Sequence record: PQ898602.1
Reading direction: 5' to 3' (one strand)
DNA length: 64,000 bases
Part shown: positions 1 through 7,233 of the stretch, piece after piece
How the letters are laid out: each line of letters opens with the position of its first letter
Numbering within the stretch: the first letter of the stretch is position 1
Program-made: the position numbers and the translations under genes
The notes under the pieces: generated by a model
Told to the model about the DNA's origin: nothing
The model's database searches: none
The model's input: only the letters and a program-made list of their open reading frames with translations

Positions 1-324
1 ATGAAGTTCTTCTTTGCACTTCTCGCTACAATGTTTTTCGCCCTTCCTGCATGGGCAGTCGATGTTCAAATGGGTTATGACATGAACCTAGCATTTGAAC
101 CTTCGGAGATCACCATCAATGCTGGAGATACAGTTCATTTCATCAACAACATGTTGCCACCACACAACGTGATTGTTGAAGACCATCCCGAACTTGACCA
201 CGAAGCACTCGCAATGCTACCTGGTGAAGAGTTCGATATCACCTTCACAGAAGCTGGTGATTATACATACTGGTGTGGCCCACATAAGGGTGCTGGTATG
301 ATCGGAACTATTCATGTCCAATGA
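1..324 (+). CDS. petE: Plastocyanin (auxiliary photosynthesis gene)
   Basis: Signal peptide, PHNV motif and C-terminal YWCGPHKGAGM copper ligands (His, Cys, His, Met). Confidence 0.95.
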   Translation: MKFFFALLATMFFALPAWAVDVQMGYDMNLAFEPSEITINAGDTVHFINNMLPPHNVIVEDHPELDHEALAMLPGEEFDITFTEAGDYTYWCGPHKGAGMIGTIHVQ

Positions 325-538
325 TCAAGATTTAGATCTAGAAATATACGAAGGTGATTGGTTTTGCACAATGAACATGGGAATAGAAGAGGTTAGAGCC
401 TTCTACAACCATGTTTGTTATGCATATGAGTCTTGGCCTGGGTATCCTAGAAGACCCCTGTATGAACAGGAGTATCTCAGGACTCTCAAGTCGAGACTTT
501 TTGCTATGTTGATGCAATATCAACTTGACAATTCTTAA
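314..538 (+). CDS. Hypothetical protein
   Basis: 74-aa ORF overlapping the end of petE. Confidence 0.65.
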   Translation: MSNDQDLDLEIYEGDWFCTMNMGIEEVRAFYNHVCYAYESWPGYPRRPLYEQEYLRTLKSRLFAMLMQYQLDNS

Positions 539-564
539 TTTGGTATCGCATTATACCAAAGAGG

Positions 565-593
565 TTGACTATATATTATATGTGGTCTATAAT
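565..593 (+). promoter_or_regulatory. Sigma70-type promoter
   Basis: TTGACT (565-570), 17-nt spacer, TATAAT (588-593); predicted start near 600. Confidence 0.85.
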
Positions 594-601
594 AGACCTG
601 T

Positions 602-835
602 CGTTCATCCTCATGTTAGCACTTCTGCTGGCATTCACCCTTGCCCATCATAATGACGCCAATCCTTACGATTGGCATATGTCCTGTGAAAGGTGGTTAC
701 AGAGATCTACGGAAATCCGATTGGATCCTAACCTTGACCTAAGGTCGAAGTTGAGTCTAATCGCTTACCTTAAATCAAAAGTACCAGGTGAATGTAACGG
801 AGCGTATACATAGGACGCAAGTAAGTCGCGGAACG
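602..835 (+). ncRNA. Glutamine-riboswitch-like aptamer, copy 1, with an ORF inside the P2 loop
   Basis: CGTTCATCCT (602-611) and AGGACGCAAGTAAGTCGCGGAACG (812-835); P1 CGTTC/GAACG, P2 TCCT/AGGA; resembles the glnA/Downstream-peptide core. Confidence 0.65.
613..813 (+). CDS. Small two-Cys protein nested in aptamer 1 (66 aa)
   Basis: ATG at 613 is in frame with track ORF 565-813; the upstream TTG start lies inside the promoter; hydrophobic N-terminus; paralog of 849-1016. Confidence 0.7.
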   Translation: MLALLLAFTLAHHNDANPYDWHMSCERWLQRSTEIRLDPNLDLRSKLSLIAYLKSKVPGECNGAYT

Positions 836-838
836 GAG

Positions 839-1076
839 CGTTCATCCCATGTTAGAACTACTTTTCTATTCTAGTATGGCATGTGCTGATGCAGATGCTC
901 TAATGTTTAGAATCAAGGCACAAAAACATCTTGAACCTAAAATTCAAGTTGAACTAGTGGAGACCATTAAGGACTCTGTGCCAGAATGTAGGTACTACTG
1001 GGACGCAAACGACTGAAGGAACGGGGAAACGGATCCAGCGAAAGCTGAGAAGGTTCAATTTCACCAACTTCAGGAG
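839..1076 (+). ncRNA. Glutamine-riboswitch-like aptamer, copy 2 (Downstream-peptide/Gln-II-like), with nested ORF and pairing to the downstream RBS region
   Basis: CGTTCATCCCA (839-849) and TGGGACGCAAACGACTGAAGGAACG (999-1023); CTGAAG (1013-1018) is complementary to CTTCAG (1068-1073), which overlaps AGGAG (1072-1076). Confidence 0.7.
849..1016 (+). CDS. Small two-Cys protein nested in aptamer 2 (55 aa)
   Basis: Hand translation MLELLFYSSMACADADALMFRIKAQKHLEPKIQVELVETIKDSVPECRYYWDAND; below the track length cutoff; aligns with 613-813. Confidence 0.7.
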   Translation: MLELLFYSSMACADADALMFRIKAQKHLEPKIQVELVETIKDSVPECRYYWDAND

Positions 1077-1084
1077 TAAGACAA

Positions 1085-1249
1085 ATGAACACACTCAATC
1101 TAATCAAGAAGCAAATCGAGAAGGCATCTGCACTTCACGATGCACAGATCGCTAACACTGCATATCGTGGTGTTAAGTATGATTGCAAGCAAGGCGCTGA
1201 GGAAATCCATGGCACCTTCTGCTATCGTGGTCGCACCTACGTTAAGTGA
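1085..1249 (+). CDS. DUF4278-like small protein (54 aa)
   Basis: AGGAG RBS; two YRG motifs (TAYRGVKY, FCYRGRTY). Confidence 0.8.
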   Translation: MNTLNLIKKQIEKASALHDAQIANTAYRGVKYDCKQGAEEIHGTFCYRGRTYVK

Positions 1250-1254
1250 TCGCC

Positions 1255-1350
1255 ATGGAAGCACTTCAAGTAGCAACATTAGGTTCTATTTTTAGTATTG
1301 CTTTTATCGGTCTTCTTTACGTAGAGATTTCCCTCTTACATAAGGGGTGA
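1255..1350 (+). CDS. Single-TM microprotein (31 aa)
   Basis: MEALQVATLGSIFSIAFIGLLYVEISLLHKG; tightly packed between neighbours. Confidence 0.55.
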   Translation: MEALQVATLGSIFSIAFIGLLYVEISLLHKG

Positions 1351-1353
1351 AAC

Positions 1354-1518
1354 ATGCTGAAGATCAGAATTGAATATGATCTTCCAGAATACGATCCAGA
1401 TAAACACGATCCAGATGAAACTTTTGCGTTTTTAACGTATCGTGGTGTGAATTACGCCAAGTGGGTTAATCTTAAGTCACGAGGTAATCCATTCTGGAAA
1501 ATATTTAAGAGAGGGTAA
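1354..1518 (+). CDS. Second DUF4278-like small protein (54 aa)
   Basis: Contains LTYRGVNY. Confidence 0.65.
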   Translation: MLKIRIEYDLPEYDPDKHDPDETFAFLTYRGVNYAKWVNLKSRGNPFWKIFKRG

Positions 1519-1536
1519 ACAACCCTCTCTTTTTTT
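1507..1536 (+). terminator. Intrinsic terminator
   Basis: AGAGAGGGT/ACCCTCTCT stem followed by a T-run. Confidence 0.8.
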
Positions 1537-1681
1537 GTACTTTTGTATAAAAGACAACAAACTTCATCTCTTTGTGTGTATTTCGTGACATTCTTACTAT
1601 ATAATGATAGAATTTAGGAATGAAAAATGAACTGAAATCGTTTAATTTTTTCATCATGATGTAACTAATTTGGAGGTGAAG

Positions 1682-1861
1682 ATGCATAATCTTTTATCCC
1701 GAGCACAATTCGACGAGTGGAGACACTTGGAGGATACAATTGATGACTTAAACTTAGAAGAACAACGAATCTCCGACTACTATGAATGCCTGATTGAATG
1801 CGATTCTTTAAACCAACAAGAGTGTAAACGAGTATGCAGAAAAATCCTAGATAATAACTAG
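1682..1861 (+). CDS. Small Cys-containing hypothetical protein of cyanobacterial type
   Basis: GGAGGTG RBS before ATG 1682; C-terminal DYYECLIECD...CKRVCR. Confidence 0.7.
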   Translation: MHNLLSRAQFDEWRHLEDTIDDLNLEEQRISDYYECLIECDSLNQQECKRVCRKILDNN

Positions 1862-1879
1862 AGTAATCCACACGATCCC

Positions 1880-1920
1880 GAGAGAGGTTGATTGACAACC
1901 TCTCTTTTTTTGTGTAAACT
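1880..1920 (+). terminator. Terminator hairpin overlapping a sigma70 promoter
   Basis: AGAGAGGTTG/CAACCTCTCT stem plus T-run; TTGACA (1892-1897), 17 nt, TAAACT (1915-1920). Confidence 0.7.
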
Positions 1921-1941
1921 TGGATGAGAGTATACATACAC

Positions 1942-2133
1942 ATGGAGAAAGACAAACTCAAACTGATCGTAAGAAACTTAGAGTTACTTGTCGATGCTCT
2001 AAAGTCTGAAGTTTATTCAGACACCACTGCTTATACTGATAAGCGAGAAAACTTTGATGACCCTGCATCGTATTATGCACCAGTCTCAGATTATGATGAG
2101 ATTTTCAACGATGATGACGGATACCCAGACTGA
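1942..2133 (+). CDS. Hypothetical acidic protein
   Basis: In frame with track ORF 1924-2133; ATG 1942 preferred because it lies downstream of the promoter. Confidence 0.7.
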   Translation: MEKDKLKLIVRNLELLVDALKSEVYSDTTAYTDKRENFDDPASYYAPVSDYDEIFNDDDGYPD

Positions 2134-2139
2134 GGATTT

Positions 2140-2772
2140 ATGAACGTTAAACTAGTAAGCGTCACTCCCGACGCAGAACAAACCATGGCTTATATTGCCA
2201 GGGTTTCTAATCCTGCAAACCAGAACAATGAAAAGTTTGCAGGTCTACTGAAGTATTGCATCAAACATAATCACTGGTCTGTGTTTGAACAATCTACAAT
2301 GACCTTGGAGATTGAGACCACAAGAGCTATCGCGGCTCAAATTTTGCGCCACCGCTCATTTACATATCAAGAGTTTTCTCAACGATATGCAGATAGTTCT
2401 ATGTTGGCTGATTCGATTCCCCTTCCCAAACTTCGTCGTCAAGACGAAAAGAATCGTCAGAACTCTATCGATGACCTAGATCCATTCGATGTTCAGAACC
2501 TGGAACTTCAGATGCAAACGTTGTTTGACTCTTCCATGGCTCTGTACAAACAGATGCTAGGACGTGGCGTTGCAAAGGAATGTGCTCGCATGGTACTCCC
2601 ACTCTGCACGCCTACCAGAATCTACATGACTGGCTCTTGCCGTTCATGGATTCATTACATCACTCTTCGTTCTGCTAACGGAACCCAACAGGAACACATG
2701 GATATTGCACTTGAATGTAAAGAAGTATTCAAAGAACAATTCCCTGTCGTGGCAGAAGCTTTGGAGTGGTGA
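2140..2772 (+). CDS. thyX: FAD-dependent thymidylate synthase
   Basis: ThyX signature RHRSFTYQEFSQRY. Confidence 0.95.
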   Translation: MNVKLVSVTPDAEQTMAYIARVSNPANQNNEKFAGLLKYCIKHNHWSVFEQSTMTLEIETTRAIAAQILRHRSFTYQEFSQRYADSSMLADSIPLPKLRRQDEKNRQNSIDDLDPFDVQNLELQMQTLFDSSMALYKQMLGRGVAKECARMVLPLCTPTRIYMTGSCRSWIHYITLRSANGTQQEHMDIALECKEVFKEQFPVVAEALEW

Positions 2773-2800
2773 TATATAAATTGTAGTACGATTCCGACAT

Positions 2801-2983
2801 ATGTATTACCAGACCAACTGCCTCACTAAAGATGGTGCATCTGCACCATGTAGAATTGTTTCCACAACAGATTCAGGGTTTATGGTCGAATATCTTGATG
2901 ATGAGGGGATTTGGAAGGAAGCAGAACTTGCGGCTGACCAAGTTTTCCAACATGAGTACGAAGGCCAAGAAATTAGCCAATAA
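2801..2983 (+). CDS. Hypothetical protein
   Basis: 60-aa ORF; late-promoter-like TATAAATT at 2775-2782. Confidence 0.55.
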   Translation: MYYQTNCLTKDGASAPCRIVSTTDSGFMVEYLDDEGIWKEAELAADQVFQHEYEGQEISQ

Positions 2984-3008
2984 ATAATTTTGTAGTCCGA
3001 GAGTTATT

Positions 3009-3251
3009 ATGCCAACATATCCTGTAAAGAATTTGAAAACTGGTGAAGAACAAGAATTGTCAATGTCCGTGAAGGACTACGAAGCTTGGAGAAAAGAGAA
3101 TCCCGATTGGGATAAGGATTGGAGTAAAGGTTGCGCTGCCTCCCAAGAAGTTGGGGACTGGCAGAACAAACTGATTTCCAAGAATCCAGGCTGGAATGAT
3201 GTTCTTCGTAAAGCACAAAAAGCACCAGGTTCAAACGTTAAAACCCTCTAA
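3009..3251 (+). CDS. Hypothetical protein typical of cyanomyoviruses
   Basis: MPTY... N-terminus, located directly upstream of phoH. Confidence 0.75.
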   Translation: MPTYPVKNLKTGEEQELSMSVKDYEAWRKENPDWDKDWSKGCAASQEVGDWQNKLISKNPGWNDVLRKAQKAPGSNVKTL

Positions 3252-3259
3252 TTTTACAT

Positions 3260-4018
3260 ATGCCAAGATCTAGAAAGTCGTCCAGTAGCAACATCGGTAT
3301 TGGTATGAGTGCCAAACAAATGAGACGTAAGAAACCCATCAACTCAGACTTGATGACTGATATTTCACCCTTAACTGATAATCAAACTGCTTACTTTGAT
3401 GAGTACAAAAAGGGTAAAAATGTATTCGCTTATGGTTGTGCAGGTACAGGTAAAACATTTATTGCCTTGTATCATGCTCTGAAGGACGTTCTAAATCCTG
3501 ATACTCCATATGAAAAAGTCTACATCGTGAGATCCTTGGTTTCCACTAGAGAAATTGGATTCCTCCCTGGAGATCATGAAGACAAAGCTGCACTTTACCA
3601 GATTCCTTATAAGAACATGGTGAAGTATATGTTTGAACTTGCTTCTGATTCTGACTTTGAGATGCTCTATGCAAACCTCAAAGCACAAGAAACTATTTCA
3701 TTCTGGTCTACTAGTTTTATTCGTGGTACTACTCTAGATAATGCAATTGTTCTCGTCGATGAGATGCAAAACTTGAATTTCCATGAACTTGATAGTATAA
3801 TTACACGTATTGGTGAGAATAGTAAGATTCTATTCTGTGGTGATGCCACCCAGACTGACCTTACTCGCACTAATGAAAAAAATGGTATTCTTGACTTTAT
3901 GAAGATTATCCGTGCAATGGAGTACGACTTCTCTTCAGTTGAATTTGGAACCGACGATATTGTTCGCTCTGGACTTGTTAAGAACTACATTGTCACTAAA
4001 CTAGCTATGGGTATGTAA
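3260..4018 (+). CDS. phoH: PhoH-family ATPase
   Basis: Walker A GCAGTGKT, GFLPGD, RGTTLDN, DEMQN and GDATQTD motifs. Confidence 0.95.
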   Translation: MPRSRKSSSSNIGIGMSAKQMRRKKPINSDLMTDISPLTDNQTAYFDEYKKGKNVFAYGCAGTGKTFIALYHALKDVLNPDTPYEKVYIVRSLVSTREIGFLPGDHEDKAALYQIPYKNMVKYMFELASDSDFEMLYANLKAQETISFWSTSFIRGTTLDNAIVLVDEMQNLNFHELDSIITRIGENSKILFCGDATQTDLTRTNEKNGILDFMKIIRAMEYDFSSVEFGTDDIVRSGLVKNYIVTKLAMGM

Positions 4019-4689
4019 TGTTCAAACATCTTGATTATTTGAAAGAAGAAGTTGACTTGGAAGCAGAGATGATCGAGGGGACCCGTTTCTATCGGGTCCC
4101 TTCTGGTAAGATGTATCCTTCAATTACTTCGGTGACTAGTTTCTATGGAAGACAAAAGTTCGTAGAGTGGAGAAAGAAAGTCGGCAACGAAGAAGCTGAT
4201 AGAATCACTCGTCTCGCCACTACTAGAGGAACTAAATTTCACGATCTCGTTGAGAAGTATATGCTCAATGAGAACGTAGATGATTACAAACCTCTACCCA
4301 CTACAAAATTTCTTTTTCTTAAAGCCAAACCATATTTGGATCGTATAAATAATATACATGCTTTAGAGAAATCACTTTATAGTGATTATCTCGGTCTTGC
4401 GGGTCGTGTTGATTGCATCGCAGAATACGAAGGAGAACTCGCGATCATCGACTTTAAGACATCAAAAAAGATTAAACCCGAAAAGTGGATTGAAAACTAC
4501 TTCGTCCAAGAGGTAGCTTACGCTTGCATGTATTATGAAATGACTGGTATCCCAGTTCAAAAGTTGATTACCATTATGGTAGCTGAAAATGGAGAATGTT
4601 TTGTCTATGAAAAACGCAACAAAGATTACTATATTAAACTTCTTACCAAGTACATCAGGGAGTTCGTCTCTCATCACACAGAAGACTAA
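4018..4689 (+). CDS. PD-(D/E)XK exonuclease (T4-like phage exonuclease)
   Basis: YPSITSV, RGTKFH, GRVDCI and IIDFKTS motifs. Confidence 0.85.
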   Translation: MFKHLDYLKEEVDLEAEMIEGTRFYRVPSGKMYPSITSVTSFYGRQKFVEWRKKVGNEEADRITRLATTRGTKFHDLVEKYMLNENVDDYKPLPTTKFLFLKAKPYLDRINNIHALEKSLYSDYLGLAGRVDCIAEYEGELAIIDFKTSKKIKPEKWIENYFVQEVAYACMYYEMTGIPVQKLITIMVAENGECFVYEKRNKDYYIKLLTKYIREFVSHHTED

Positions 4690-4693
4690 ACCT

Positions 4694-4957
4694 ATGCAGA
4701 ACAACACTGAAGATGTAAACAACCTAATTAAGGAGAAGTTTCTCTGCCAGTCGAAGTTCGCACAGGACATCGAGTACCTTGTAATGACTTCCAAGATCAA
4801 TTACATTGAAGCGATTGTCACCTATTGTGAAGAAAATGGTATTGAGTTTGAATCAGTATCCAAACTAATCTCAAAACCCCTAAAAGAAAAGTTGAAGCAC
4901 GAAGCGACCCAACTCAACTTTCTCAAAAAAACAAGTCGCGCTAAGTTAGTATTCTAA
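4694..4957 (+). CDS. gp33: Late-promoter transcription coactivator gp33
   Basis: YIEAIVTYCEEN...SKPLKEKLKHEA pattern; synteny with gp59 and gp32; ATG 4694 chosen within track ORF 4589-4957. Confidence 0.85.
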   Translation: MQNNTEDVNNLIKEKFLCQSKFAQDIEYLVMTSKINYIEAIVTYCEENGIEFESVSKLISKPLKEKLKHEATQLNFLKKTSRAKLVF

Positions 4958-5547
4958 TGACTCCAATCGAGGTATACAAAACATACCTTGCATTCAAGAA
5001 TCATTTCACAAAACCAAACTACGATTACCATCAATATTGCGGGAAGTCTAGAGCATCTAAAGAGGCATTCAATAAAAGAAAAGATCGATACTTCTTTGAA
5101 AGAATGTCTCGTAAGAAAACTGATGATGAAATTAAACTATACTTCCTCGCAAACTTTGTAGAATGCGATGATCCAACAAAACTTTGGATCGGTGAGATTA
5201 TTGAATCAGGTGAAGAAAATTATGCAAATTGGTTGAAGAGATCTCAAAGTCTTTATTACCTATTCAAAACTGAATCAGAAGTTTTCTGCAATAAAGAAAA
5301 CTTTGAAAATTTATTTACAATTAAGGGTGCGAGTCACCCAGAAATCCTTAGAAAGTATTTACAGAAAGCTATTTCAATAGAGACTCTGGTGATCATGGAT
5401 ATGATCCTGATGTTCTCTAAAAATTTTGATAAGAAACTCATAGATCCAGTGTGGGAATCCGTCAGTTTACGAATTAAAAAGTATAAATCTTTCCTAAATA
5501 TTGACAAGGAAAAGTATACTGCTACACTAAAAGATATCGTGTTATGA
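4957..5547 (+). CDS. gp59: Helicase loader gp59
   Basis: YLAFKNHFT...YDY...RKDRYFF pattern; synteny. Confidence 0.85.
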   Translation: MTPIEVYKTYLAFKNHFTKPNYDYHQYCGKSRASKEAFNKRKDRYFFERMSRKKTDDEIKLYFLANFVECDDPTKLWIGEIIESGEENYANWLKRSQSLYYLFKTESEVFCNKENFENLFTIKGASHPEILRKYLQKAISIETLVIMDMILMFSKNFDKKLIDPVWESVSLRIKKYKSFLNIDKEKYTATLKDIVL

Positions 5548-5876
5548 GTGGATTTTTTGAATCAGAAGTTGTAAGGAACGCCATCAAAGAGATGGAAGAA
5601 CTTCAACAAGAAATTATTGAAGCCACATTCTCAGCACCATTAATGACACCCGAACAAAAACGGGAACATGTTGACTTAATGAAAACTTTTCTGGAAAAAC
5701 AGAAGAACCTCTACTTTCGTCTAACTCTTTCCGATGATCCTGAAGCGATCTCGATGAAAGAACGAATGAAAGAAGCTGCGGAACTTCTGGGTTTTAGTGG
5801 TAACAATATCGATGAATTGTTTGCCACGATGGAAGAAACTCTAGATCGTCTAGATACAATTACGGAAGAGGATTGA
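5544..5876 (+). CDS. Conserved hypothetical protein (DUF1825-like)
   Basis: MSGFFESEVV...EKQKNLYFRLTLSDDPEA pattern. Confidence 0.65.
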   Translation: MSGFFESEVVRNAIKEMEELQQEIIEATFSAPLMTPEQKREHVDLMKTFLEKQKNLYFRLTLSDDPEAISMKERMKEAAELLGFSGNNIDELFATMEETLDRLDTITEED

Positions 5877-6148
5877 ACATGTCATATCAATATCACATTA
5901 CTTCGAGGTACGTCTACCACAATGATGTGATAGTTGATATGTTTTTCATTAATGGTATTCCATTTACATTTGATGATATTCCTACAATCATGCAGGATGA
6001 TCCTTACATTCAAATGGAAGCAAATGATAATTATTCCTATACCATCGACGACATGTATCGATGGTCAAATTATCTCGTACAGGAGGAGTGTCATCCACTC
6101 CTCTTTGAACTGGAACTCGCAAATCCAGAGGAACTTCCCAAAGACTAG
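5873..6148 (+). CDS. Hypothetical protein
   Basis: 91-aa ORF coupled to the upstream gene. Confidence 0.65.
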   Translation: MNMSYQYHITSRYVYHNDVIVDMFFINGIPFTFDDIPTIMQDDPYIQMEANDNYSYTIDDMYRWSNYLVQEECHPLLFELELANPEELPKD

Positions 6149-6151
6149 GGC

Positions 6152-6180
6152 TTGACATCCCTTCTTGCGACCTGTAAGAT
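6152..6180 (+). promoter_or_regulatory. Sigma70-type promoter for gp32
   Basis: TTGACA (6152-6157), 17 nt, TAAGAT (6175-6180). Confidence 0.75.
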
Positions 6181-6227
6181 AAAGTCGTCCCAAAGGCCAA
6201 ATCCAAACCAATACGGAGAATACGAAC

Positions 6228-7184
6228 ATGTCTTTTGCTGATCTCAGGAAACAGTCCCGCGCAGGTTCGCTGACTGATAAACTGATCAAAAAAGTCGAAA
6301 AACTGAATAGTGGAGAGAAATCTGCAGATGATCGCTTCTGGAAACCCGAAGTAGATAAGGCTGGTAATGGTTATGCCGTTATCCGATTCCTTCCTGCACC
6401 TGAAGGGTGCGAACTTCCCTGGGCCCAAATGTGGAGTCATGCCTTCCAAGGACCTGGAGGTTGGTACATCGAGAACTCTCTGACTACGCTGGGACAAAAA
6501 GATCCTGTTTCTGAGTACAACCGCACTCTGTGGAATAGTGGTCGTGATTCTGATAAAGATATTGCCCGCAAACAGAAACGTAAGTTGTCCCACTACGCCA
6601 ACATTTACGTTGTCGCAGATCCTGCCAATCCTCATAATGAGGGTAAGGTGTTCCTTTACAAGTTCGGTAAGAAAATCTTTGATAAGATTACCGAAGCAAT
6701 GCAACCTCAGTTTGCAGATGAAGAAGCTATCAACCCCTTCGACTTCTGGGCTGGTGCAAACTTCAAACTGAAGATTCGTAAGGTTGAAGGTTACTGGAAC
6801 TACGACAAGTCCGAGTTCGATCGCCCCTGTGCTCTTCTCGATGATGATGACGCACTGGAGAAGATCTACAACAACCTGAACGATCTCAATGAGTTCTCTA
6901 AGGCTGACAACTTCAAGACCTATGAGGAACTGAAGAAACGTCTGGACTACGTTCTTGGTCACAAAGGTACTCCTAAGTTCCAAGATCAAGAGACCGTTGA
7001 AGAAGATCGTCAATGGGAAGCAGAACGTCGTGGAGACTTCTCCGAACAACGTTCTCAACCCAGTTTCACCGCACCTAGTAGTGGTGGTTTCAATGATTCA
7101 GACATCACTCCGCAAGCTTCAACAGAAACTGATGAAGATGCAGACGATGCTCTGTCTTATTTCCAAAAACTCGCAGAGAGTTGA
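6228..7184 (+). CDS. gp32: Single-stranded DNA-binding protein gp32
   Basis: DDRFWK, GNGYAVIRFLP, GPGGWYIENSLTT, YKFGKKIFDKI; acidic tail. Confidence 0.95.
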   Translation: MSFADLRKQSRAGSLTDKLIKKVEKLNSGEKSADDRFWKPEVDKAGNGYAVIRFLPAPEGCELPWAQMWSHAFQGPGGWYIENSLTTLGQKDPVSEYNRTLWNSGRDSDKDIARKQKRKLSHYANIYVVADPANPHNEGKVFLYKFGKKIFDKITEAMQPQFADEEAINPFDFWAGANFKLKIRKVEGYWNYDKSEFDRPCALLDDDDALEKIYNNLNDLNEFSKADNFKTYEELKKRLDYVLGHKGTPKFQDQETVEEDRQWEAERRGDFSEQRSQPSFTAPSSGGFNDSDITPQASTETDEDADDALSYFQKLAES

Positions 7185-7191
7185 TTCCGAA

Positions 7192-7217
7192 AGGGAGGTT
7201 CAAACCTCCCTTTTTTA
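7192..7217 (+). terminator. Intrinsic terminator
   Basis: GGGAGGT/ACCTCCC stem followed by a T-run. Confidence 0.8.
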
Positions 7218-7233
7218 ATGTCAAGAGGTTCCA

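Noticed and set aside
1682-1861. Second CP12 gene
   Set aside because: The Cys spacing (CLIEC...CKRVC) does not match the CP12 C-terminal C-x8-C pattern seen at 19815-20042.
4018-4689. Cas4 or CRISPR-associated nuclease
   Set aside because: There is no four-Cys Fe-S motif and no array or cas genes in the window. The gene sits in the usual phoH-exonuclease-gp33 synteny.
5988-7058. 356-aa minus-strand ORF antisense to gp32
   Set aside because: This is a shadow ORF from the codon bias of a highly expressed gene, with no motifs, RBS or promoter. The same applies to 33940-34806, 42416-42997, 45948-46499 and 55530-56057.
2140-7184. Introns or inteins in thyX, phoH, the exonuclease or gp32
   Set aside because: All have normal lengths and continuous motifs, with no intein or homing-endonuclease signatures.
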